Of a DNA stretch of 64,000 nucleotides, positions 49,335 through 57,231 are shown one piece after another. Position 1 is the first letter of the stretch. Each line of letters opens with the position of its first letter. The stretch is from NCBI GenBank assembly GCA_050633305.1, contig JBOEGF010000042.1, positions 1 to 64,000 of the forward strand. The letters are read 5' to 3'. Origin of the DNA: Nannocystales bacterium (lineage in GTDB: Bacteria > Myxococcota_A > Polyangia > Nannocystales > Nannocystaceae). A program made the position numbers and the translations under genes. The notes beneath the pieces are model-generated. The model worked only from the letters and a program-made list of their open reading frames with translations. It was not told the DNA's origin and did not search any database.

Positions 49335-51101
49335 TCAAGCGGCCTTGGTCACGATGTCGGGCATCGCCGCGGGCCGGCCGAACATGAAGCCCTGGATATG
49401 GGTCGCCCCAGCACGTTTGACGAACGCGAGGTCTTCGGCCGTCTCAATGCCTTCCGCGGTAATGCTGGCACCCATCCGCTTCCCCAGTTCAACCAACCCC
49501 CCATACATACACTCTCGCCTGGGGTCAGCTTGGGCCCCGACCAGCAGCCCTCGCGAGAGCTTCACACTCGTCACGGGAAAACGCGCCAGCACCTCGGCCG
49601 TCGAGTAGCCGGTGCCGAAGTCGTCGAGCACCAGACACACCCCATCGCCGCGAAGCGCTCCGAGCTTGGCGTCGATGGACTCGTCCTGTCCCCACTCGAC
49701 CTGCTCGGTGAGCTCCAGCTGAAGACGTCGCGGGTCCAACCCGCTCGCGGAGAGTGCATCTCGGACGTGAGTCTCGAACATGGGCGAGCGGACGTGGTCG
49801 GCCGAAACGTTCACGCTCACGCTCACCAAGCTCTTCCCTGGGATCGACGTGACCCAGTTACACGCGCCCATGAGCATCTGTCGCCCCAGCTCCACAATGA
49901 GACCGGTTCGCAATGCTGCAGGGATGAACTGTGCCGGGGAGATTTTTCCAAGCTCATCGTCGGTCCATCGAGCCAGGGCCTCAAACCCGGCCGCCTCCGA
50001 CGAGCCAGCGGTCACAATCGGCTGAAAGTGCGGCACCACCAGCCCGGTCTCGAGCGCCGTGCGAAGCCGAGAATCCATGTCGACCTCGGGAGCTACGCCG
50101 TTGGACACGAGCCCCAGACCTACGCGGTTCTTCCGCTCCTGCTTGCGCGAGTACATCGCGACATCCGCTTCGGCGAGCAGCGCGGACGGCGAAGTATCGG
50201 TATCTGTAACCACACGGATCCCGATGCTCACGCCCACCTGCACGGACGGGCCGCCGAGATCGATCGGGACCTCAACCGCCGCTTGCACGGCCTCCGCGAC
50301 GCGGTTCGCCCCCGTTTCCGTCACCGAGTCCGCGAGCAGGATGACGAACTCGTCACCGCCAACCCGGGACACACAGTCGGAGCCTCGAACCGCCGCACGC
50401 AGTCTTCTCGCCACTTCCACCAGGACCGCGTCTCCAGCTGCGTGCCCGCGCTGGTCGTTGATCGGCTTGAACCCGTCGAGGTCCATGTACAGAAGACTGA
50501 ACCCGTTGGCGGGGTCCGCCTCGAGGCCAACGAGGGCGTCTGCAACCTGGTCGTCGAGCTTGGCCCGGTTGGCAAGGCCTGTCAGGGGGTCGTGCAAGGC
50601 TCGGTGACGAGCCTCCTGCTCTCTCTCCGCGAGCGCAGCTGCAGCAGCGCACCGCTGGACGTTGAACCGGACCGTACGCGCGAGCAGCCGACCCGTCGCT
50701 TCGCTCTTCGCGAGGAAATCACTTGCCCCGCCCTGAACGGCCTCCCGTTCGATGATCGGGTCGTCCGAACCCGTGAGCAGGACGAGCGGGATCTCCACGC
50801 CCTGCTCTCGAGCCAACTCGATCAGCTGCAGACCCGTGTTGGATCCCAGCTGATGGTCGATCGTGGCCGCCTGAAAACGGCCCGAACACAAGAGGTGTAG
50901 AGCCTCCTCAAAACCCTCCTCCACCTTCACCTGGAGGGCGGGGTCGGCACTCATGAGCTGGGCACGAATGAGACATCCGTAGGCGGGGTCGTCTTCGACC
51001 ACGAGCACGGAGATCTCTTGCCCCGGCGCGCCGACGGCCTCAGCCTCGCCTTCGCTTTTCGGGCGCCCGGGCGGAGCGGGGCGGAGTTCGCTCCCTTCCA
51101 T
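49335..51101 (-). CDS. REC-GGDEF-EAL diguanylate cyclase/phosphodiesterase response regulator
   Basis: REC VVEDD...IDHQL...LLTG...FLAK; GGDEF domain HDPLTGLANR, DLDGFK, RVGGDEF; EAL domain FEALARW, DDFGTGYS, AEGIET. Confidence 0.93.
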   Translation of the reverse strand: MEGSELRPAPPGRPKSEGEAEAVGAPGQEISVLVVEDDPAYGCLIRAQLMSADPALQVKVEEGFEEALHLLCSGRFQAATIDHQLGSNTGLQLIELAREQGVEIPLVLLTGSDDPIIEREAVQGGASDFLAKSEATGRLLARTVRFNVQRCAAAAALAEREQEARHRALHDPLTGLANRAKLDDQVADALVGLEADPANGFSLLYMDLDGFKPINDQRGHAAGDAVLVEVARRLRAAVRGSDCVSRVGGDEFVILLADSVTETGANRVAEAVQAAVEVPIDLGGPSVQVGVSIGIRVVTDTDTSPSALLAEADVAMYSRKQERKNRVGLGLVSNGVAPEVDMDSRLRTALETGLVVPHFQPIVTAGSSEAAGFEALARWTDDELGKISPAQFIPAALRTGLIVELGRQMLMGACNWVTSIPGKSLVSVSVNVSADHVRSPMFETHVRDALSASGLDPRRLQLELTEQVEWGQDESIDAKLGALRGDGVCLVLDDFGTGYSTAEVLARFPVTSVKLSRGLLVGAQADPRRECMYGGLVELGKRMGASITAEGIETAEDLAFVKRAGATHIQGFMFGRPAAMPDIVTKAA

Positions 51102-51288
51102 GAGGACCTCATTGGGGAAGTCCCTACCCGCGGCAAGTCCGAAGATGGAACACCCCCCGGATCGCAGACGCGCATCCGTGACCCAACTCGTCACCGCCCG
51201 GGTTCCCGAATTGGCACCCGCCCCTCGCGCAACCGGCTCGGATCTCGGCCCCCCCGGGAGTGGTTCGGTTCTTGCCTAGCAACGAACC

Positions 51289-51945
51289 GTGTCCCCTCGC
51301 CCGGCTCTCCTAATCACGGCGTTCCTCGGCCTCGGATGCAACGGCAGCGGGCGCTCTGATCAAGCGGTCTCCGGGTCCGCTGGCGTCTCCGGTCCATCCA
51401 CAACCGGTGCGGCCGCCTCCTTGGAGAGCTCGAGCACCGGAATGGCACCAGCCGGCGGCTCCGACGGCAGCGGCGGTAGCGCAGCAGGCTCCGCCAGCGC
51501 GAGTGAGACATCCCCGGACGAGGGCAGCACTTCAGGGTCGGCAAATACCAGCTCCACGGAGTCTGGGGCGAGCTCGAGCACGGGGTCCGCGGACACATCG
51601 TCCACTGGAGAGGCTGACTCCTCGGGGGTCGTTGGCGGAGTGTTGGACATCGGCATCATCGCGCACAACGACTGCACGTTCACGGTCGACCCAGCTTCGA
51701 TCACGGTTCCCGAGGGGACCGGTTTCACCGTCAACTGGGTGAGCTCTCCAGCGAGTGAGATCGAGTTCGACATCGCGAAGATCGACACGTTCAACCACGT
51801 CCCGATCGTCATCGGCATGGAACCCGGCAGCGCCTACCACGACGACATCCGCGAGTGGTGCGGCGACCTGTTCACGGGCACCTTTGACTTCCGCCTGACC
51901 AGCTGCCACGACCCCCTGTACATCCCGGTCGACTGCGGAGGTTGA
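51289..51945 (+). CDS. Lipoprotein with S/G linker and small cupredoxin-like beta domain
   Basis: Lipobox GLGC and DPASITVPEG..TVNW; canonical type-1 Cu ligands are not evident. Confidence 0.7.
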   Translation: MSPRPALLITAFLGLGCNGSGRSDQAVSGSAGVSGPSTTGAAASLESSSTGMAPAGGSDGSGGSAAGSASASETSPDEGSTSGSANTSSTESGASSSTGSADTSSTGEADSSGVVGGVLDIGIIAHNDCTFTVDPASITVPEGTGFTVNWVSSPASEIEFDIAKIDTFNHVPIVIGMEPGSAYHDDIREWCGDLFTGTFDFRLTSCHDPLYIPVDCGG

Positions 51946-51959
51946 AAGGCGCGACCGCC

Positions 51960-52379
51960 TCAGCCCGCGTGATCGGGCATCCACGTCTCGTGCACGTGAA
52001 GCCACCGAACTCCGTTGGGAGTCGCCTCGTGTTGGCGCATCAGCACGGTGCTCAGCCGCGCGGTGTCCTTGCCTTGAACGTGCTGCATCTCCACATACGT
52101 CAGGAGCGCAAGGTCGGTGTGCACATGCCGCAACGAAATGTCGACAACCTCGATCGACGACCCCTTCGACCATGTTCCAAAAGCCCCCTCGAGGGCGGTG
52201 GAAAGCTCGGACAAGGTCGTTGCTGTTCCCCGTGGCGAGACCATCGCAAAACCCGGGTCCATCACTTCCGTGAATCGCTTGAACCCTCGAGCACGGTCCG
52301 AGAAGCCGCCGAGAAACCACGCTTGGAAGAAGCGGTGCAGACCCACGAGCTCCTCTTCACACGCCAGGGCGACATCCAT
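51960..52379 (-). CDS. NTF2/SnoaL-like (DUF4440-type) protein
   Basis: LHRFFQAWFLG, PGFAMVSP.G, Y.E.Q, R.ST and WLHVHETW. Confidence 0.82.
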   Translation of the reverse strand: MDVALACEEELVGLHRFFQAWFLGGFSDRARGFKRFTEVMDPGFAMVSPRGTATTLSELSTALEGAFGTWSKGSSIEVVDISLRHVHTDLALLTYVEMQHVQGKDTARLSTVLMRQHEATPNGVRWLHVHETWMPDHAG

Positions 52380-52406
52380 CCCCAGAGGATACAGGGCGGG
52401 GTGTGC

Positions 52407-53267
52407 TCAGGCGGTCTGGGACTCGAACAGGTCTGCCGCCCAGTCCATCACCGCCCGGACCTTCGGGACCCGGGCTTTGGTGGCGTGAACCACCATCCAC
52501 AGCGCGCGCGAAGGTACCGCCCCGACGTCCGCCGCCCCCACCGCCGCGGGGTCCACCTCCACGACCCCGGGAAGCCGGGTGGCGAACCCCTTCGGCAGGA
52601 CAGCCACGCCCAACCCATCACGAACGGCGAACCCCAACGACTCGAGGTCCTCGACCAGGAGCTTGGCAGGTCGGTCCCCCCACGCCCGTTGGGCGAACTG
52701 CTGCTCGGCGATCTCGGCCAGCGATCCGGAAAGTCCGAGCCACGGCATCTGTGGGTGAGCCTCGAGGTCACGGTGCGCGAACAGAGCGTAGTGCTCGCTG
52801 TGAACCTTCCGGGCGACCAACTCACCTCGCTGGGGCCGCACGAAGCGAAGTGCAATGTCGGCATCCCCCGCGGCGAGTGAGCTGAGCTGATTGCTGGCCA
52901 AGACTCGCAGACTCAGCTTGGGGTGCATCGAGTACAGCTCCGGGAGAGCGGGGATGAGCACCCAACGCACCAGCTCTCCGACCGTGGTGATCGACACGAC
53001 GCCCTCCAACTCGGGGCGATCATCTAGCGCCGCTTCGGCAGCCAACGCCGCTTCGATCATCGGCCCGACCGCCGAGAGCAGCTCCTGGCCACGGAGCGTC
53101 AGCGCCACCGGCGTGTCCCGCAGAAGCAGTGGCGAACCTGCACGCGCCTCGAGCTGCTTGAGCTGGCGGCTGACCGTGGACTGGCTGACACCCAACGCCT
53201 TGGCGGCCGCTGTCAGACTCCCCAACCGTGCGACCGACTCGAACGTGCGCAGGTGATCCCAGTCCAT
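52407..53267 (-). CDS. LysR family transcriptional regulator
   Basis: MDWDHLRTFESVARLGSLTAAAKALGVSQSTVSRQL and DADIALR. Confidence 0.92.
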   Translation of the reverse strand: MDWDHLRTFESVARLGSLTAAAKALGVSQSTVSRQLKQLEARAGSPLLLRDTPVALTLRGQELLSAVGPMIEAALAAEAALDDRPELEGVVSITTVGELVRWVLIPALPELYSMHPKLSLRVLASNQLSSLAAGDADIALRFVRPQRGELVARKVHSEHYALFAHRDLEAHPQMPWLGLSGSLAEIAEQQFAQRAWGDRPAKLLVEDLESLGFAVRDGLGVAVLPKGFATRLPGVVEVDPAAVGAADVGAVPSRALWMVVHATKARVPKVRAVMDWAADLFESQTA

Positions 53268-53375
53268 GGCCTCCAGTCTCGCTCGTCTCAGACTCCGGGC
53301 GCCATCCGAATCCGGATGACTGTCGTGCATCCGTGCTTGTTGGCAGGTGTGGGCGCGGGATCCAGGCTCTCGGGC

Positions 53376-54215
53376 ATGGAGATCCAGCAACTTCGCAGCG
53401 CAACCATGCTCGTGTCCTTCGGAACGCACCGGTTGTTGGTCGACCCGATGCTCGCCGAAGCCGGTGCCATGCCTGCGTTCCGGATGTTTGGGGGCGAACG
53501 CAAGCGCAACCCCCTCGTCCCGACGCCGCCGCAGACCCCTGCCGCGTTGGAGCGCGCAACGGGCGTGCTCATCACCCACGAACACCCCGACCACTTCGAC
53601 ACCGCGGGTCGGGCATGGACCAAGGCCGCGGGGCTTCCGGTGTGGGCCAACCGCATGGACGTCCCCCGCCTTCGACGCAAAGGGCTAGACGCGCGTTCGC
53701 TCGAGGACGGCGGGCTCGGCGTGACGTTGGAGGTCGTCCCTTCGCGACACGGGCGGGGTCTGTTGGGTTGGATTCTCGGACCCGTGGCGGGCTACTACCT
53801 CGCCGCGGACGGCGAACCGAGCCTGTACATCACCGGCGATTCCATCCTGACAGACTCGGTGCGTGAGGCGATCGAGCGGCTCCAGCCCGACATCGTCGTT
53901 GCGCCCGCAGGTTCCGCCAACATGGGCATCGGTGGAGACATCCTGTTCTCCGTCGACGAGCTTGTCGAACTCACCCGGCTCGCCCCCGCAGACGTCGTCT
54001 TCAACCACCTCGAAGCGCTCGACCACTGCCCCACGACCCGAGCCGGACTTCGAGAGCGCATGCAGGCCGAGGGTCTGTCACAGCGCGTTCACATCCCCGA
54101 AGACGGCGAAGTTCTGAGTTTCCAGCAACACTCCGCGCATCGACCCCAGACGAGGCAGATCAACCTGACGCCCGGTTTTCAGAAGTGGATGACCTCGCCG
54201 TTGGCGGGGGGGTGA
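53376..54215 (+). CDS. MBL-fold metallo-hydrolase
   Basis: LLVDPML, ITHEHPDHF (HxHxDH), YITGDS and NHLEALDHC; divergent from LysR. Confidence 0.92.
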   Translation: MEIQQLRSATMLVSFGTHRLLVDPMLAEAGAMPAFRMFGGERKRNPLVPTPPQTPAALERATGVLITHEHPDHFDTAGRAWTKAAGLPVWANRMDVPRLRRKGLDARSLEDGGLGVTLEVVPSRHGRGLLGWILGPVAGYYLAADGEPSLYITGDSILTDSVREAIERLQPDIVVAPAGSANMGIGGDILFSVDELVELTRLAPADVVFNHLEALDHCPTTRAGLRERMQAEGLSQRVHIPEDGEVLSFQQHSAHRPQTRQINLTPGFQKWMTSPLAGG

Positions 54216-54271
54216 TCGCCGCCACGCCCAAAAGGTTGCAACCGCCGCCGGCGATTTCCGTCTCCCCTTCG

Positions 54272-54814
54272 ATGAAGCGCTGGCTGGACGTTCTGGACCG
54301 CGGCATGGACAAGGTCACCTCGGAGGCGCTGCGCGTCACCGACCAAGCACGCAAGGTCGCGGGGATCGGCGTCGGCACGATCGCCATCCGGCCACGGGGC
54401 TCGCATACAGACATGGGTGGTCAGCTCGACGGCGTCGTTGAGCTCCAGCTTGCGGAGTCCACCGAGTTGGACGGCGTCAGTCTCACCCTCGTCGCCCAGC
54501 AAAAGCGCATGGGCTTGTCGCAAGGCCCCAACGGCAAACGAAGCCCGGTCCAGCGCACGGTCACGCTCTACAGCCAAGAACTCCCGCTCGCCGGCGCCGG
54601 AACCTATCGCGGCGAGTCATTCTCGTTCTCGATTCGCGTGCCGTCTCAACTCGAGGAGCGGCTCGATGCCGACGGGGCGCTGGGCGATGTCCTCAAGTTC
54701 GCCCAGGGTGTCCAAGCGATGACGCGCGGTCCCGTGCTGTGGTCGCTCAACGCCGTGGCGGCCGTCCCGTGGAAGCGCAACGTCCGGAGCACGGTCGACG
54801 TCTCGATCGACTGA
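54272..54814 (+). CDS. Spo0M/arrestin-N-like beta-sandwich protein
   Basis: GIG...I.I, G.L.G.V.L, FSFSIRVP and W.L.A.A.VPW pattern. Confidence 0.65.
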   Translation: MKRWLDVLDRGMDKVTSEALRVTDQARKVAGIGVGTIAIRPRGSHTDMGGQLDGVVELQLAESTELDGVSLTLVAQQKRMGLSQGPNGKRSPVQRTVTLYSQELPLAGAGTYRGESFSFSIRVPSQLEERLDADGALGDVLKFAQGVQAMTRGPVLWSLNAVAAVPWKRNVRSTVDVSID

Positions 54815-54892
54815 TCCGAGCGCCGTGCGGAGGGCTCGGCGGCCCAAAACGCGCCTTGAGCACGCACCGAGGCCGCGGCATGCGGGTAGGAG

Positions 54893-55999
54893 ATGGTTTC
54901 GCGCCTCCGCACGCTCAGCGCCTTGGGGTTGGGGCTCGCGTTGTTCTGTGGCTGTCCCGACGACATCGCCTCGCGCACCATCCTCACCACCGACGACGTT
55001 GAATCCTCCAGCGGTGATGCCCCCGGCTCATCGAACGGTGGGGACACCTCCTCCAGCGGCCCTTCGAGCATCACCGAAGCGTCGAGCAGCGAAGGGGGGA
55101 CCCCGAACGGATCGTCGTTTTGCGGCGACGGTGTTCGCGGACCCACCGAGGACTGCGATTCGGCGGGCGAGTCCGTCTCCTGTGACCCCGACTGCACGTT
55201 CCCCGTCTGCGGCGATGGGTACACCAACGCATCCGCCGGCGAGCCGTGCGACGACGCGGGAGAATCCGCGCAGTGCAACGCCGATTGCACGCTCGCGCGG
55301 TGCGGTGACCGCAAGGTCAACCCAACCCGAGGCGAGACCTGTGACGACGGCGAGGCCACGGCACGATGCGACGCCGATTGCACGTCGGCGGAGTGCGGCG
55401 ATGGTGTGCTCAACGAAGAATCCGGCGAGTCTTGCGACGATGCGGGACCGTCCTCCGTCTGCGACGTCGATTGCACGACCGCGGAGTGCGGCGACTCGCT
55501 CGTCAATCCACTCGCCGGAGAGGGCTGCGACGACGGCGGGGAGTCACCGACCTGCAATGCCAGCTGCACGCCTTCCGCGTGTGGAGATGGGGTGGTCAAC
55601 GCCACCGCAGGCGAGCAGTGCGACGACGGGCTGCCACCCGCGGATGGAGACGGCTGCAGCGCAACGTGCGTCGCCGAGGAGCCCAACGTTTGTGACACCG
55701 GGGTCGACCCGTTCACGGGCGACGCCTGGGTGGTGTGCGAGGCCAACGAAACCTCAGCCTGGATCTCCTCGGGGCCTGACGGGGGCAACTTCCATGCGCA
55801 GACGATCTGCGAAGGGTTGGGATACGACAGCGTGGGCGCGATCGGAGGGAACTGCGGCTCGCCGTGTAGCTTCTGCGAGGCAGGCAGCTCGTGCGACGCG
55901 ACCGGACTTCGAGCGTTCAACGGCGGCGGAAACTGCGGATCCGACGACGACGGCCCGATCCTGTGCACCACGGTGATGTGGATCTGCTCGGGCAGCTGA
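54893..55999 (+). CDS. Myxococcus cysteine-rich repeat (DUF4215-like) lipoprotein
   Basis: Six CGD(G)..N...GE.CDD.G....C..DC repeats after a lipobox and S/G linker. Confidence 0.9.
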   Translation: MVSRLRTLSALGLGLALFCGCPDDIASRTILTTDDVESSSGDAPGSSNGGDTSSSGPSSITEASSSEGGTPNGSSFCGDGVRGPTEDCDSAGESVSCDPDCTFPVCGDGYTNASAGEPCDDAGESAQCNADCTLARCGDRKVNPTRGETCDDGEATARCDADCTSAECGDGVLNEESGESCDDAGPSSVCDVDCTTAECGDSLVNPLAGEGCDDGGESPTCNASCTPSACGDGVVNATAGEQCDDGLPPADGDGCSATCVAEEPNVCDTGVDPFTGDAWVVCEANETSAWISSGPDGGNFHAQTICEGLGYDSVGAIGGNCGSPCSFCEAGSSCDATGLRAFNGGGNCGSDDDGPILCTTVMWICSGS

Positions 56000-56009
56000 G
56001 CTGCGGGAG

Positions 56010-56489
56010 TCAGCAGTATTCGCACCACTCGGTTCGTGTCGTCTCTCCGTACCACTCCGAGCAACAGGCTCCACCGCCCGGGCAGATGTAGCCCATCGCA
56101 AGCCCAGCGATCTTTCCAAGCCTCCGTTTGTCCGCGCCGCACCCCCCGCATTCCTTCACGACGAACACGTGCTCGTCCCAGAAAAGCGCTGGGCAGTCGT
56201 GGGCCGTACTGCGCTCGATCACGAACTGATCCTCCTCGGATGGCTCGTGGTCGCCGTATGTTCGAATCACCGGGAGCTCCTCCCAGCTCTCGAGTTCCTC
56301 GCTCCCTGTGCTCTCGGCATCTTCGACCGCGACACCGGCGGAGCCCTCTGTGTCCTCGACGCTGTCGGAGAACAGCGGTTCATCGCCCACGCCGACGGGT
56401 TCTGCTTCACAGCCTGGGGCCAGGATGGCGATGGCGGCCGCCACCCCGATGCGAACCTTGACGTGCCTTCGGAGTCGGAAAACCTTCAT
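56010..56489 (-). CDS. Small lipoprotein with acidic pro-like region and 8-Cys C-terminal domain
   Basis: Signal ...IGVAAAIAILAPGC, E/D-rich spacer, then CP..CGGC..CPGGGACC..CEYC. Confidence 0.7.
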   Translation of the reverse strand: MKVFRLRRHVKVRIGVAAAIAILAPGCEAEPVGVGDEPLFSDSVEDTEGSAGVAVEDAESTGSEELESWEELPVIRTYGDHEPSEEDQFVIERSTAHDCPALFWDEHVFVVKECGGCGADKRRLGKIAGLAMGYICPGGGACCSEWYGETTRTEWCEYC

Positions 56490-56887
56490 TGGTGGCAGTG
56501 TCCGCCAAGTCAGAGGCAACAGGGAAGCAACCTTCATGTGAGCACCGGTTGTTCACAAGGGGACGGCCGGCCGGGCAAGGGACGGTCTTCGACGGACCGA
56601 CTTGCGAAGTATTCCGCGGTCTGATCGATGAACGCGCGCAGTCGGGGCGAGACATGACAAGCCGCAGGCCAGACCAAGGAGAGCCATGGGCCCGCGACGA
56701 CCCATCGCAGCCAGACTCGGCGTGCCCGCTCGGCACCTTCGTCGCACGAGCCGCTCCTCCGAGCCCTCATGGAATAGTCTCGTGCTCCTGGTGTTCCCGC
56801 CGAGTGGCTCGGTCCATCTCTCGCACGTGGTTGCGAAACGAGCTTGTTACCGCAGCCCGGATCCGTGCGGCGCTCACCCTCCCGACC

Positions 56888-57151
56888 ATGCCGATCACGT
56901 TGCTCGCAACCGCCGTCGCGGTCGCGCACGTGGGCGAGGCTGGAACCCACCTCGGCCACTACGGCCTTCTCGTGGTGTTCGCAGTCCCCGCGCTCGTCGG
57001 TGGGCTCCTGACGCGTCGCTACTGTCGGAGGGCGGTGCGATGCCCCCACTGCGACGCGAGCTTGTGGGGCTGCGGTACGGGCAGCTTCAAGGCCCGTCAC
57101 ATGCGCATCCGGGCGAACGCTTGCCCCTGCTGCGACGCACAGATTCGCTAG
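56888..57151 (+). CDS. Small membrane protein with zinc-ribbon (CPHC...CPCC)
   Basis: Two hydrophobic segments followed by two CxxC pairs. Confidence 0.5.
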   Translation: MPITLLATAVAVAHVGEAGTHLGHYGLLVVFAVPALVGGLLTRRYCRRAVRCPHCDASLWGCGTGSFKARHMRIRANACPCCDAQIR

Positions 57152-57231
57152 CCTCGCAGGTCACTCATCGCTCACGGCGAACGACGCATCCAAGTTGGGG
57201 AACCCAGAGCGGCGATGAACTCTGCGGCGAA

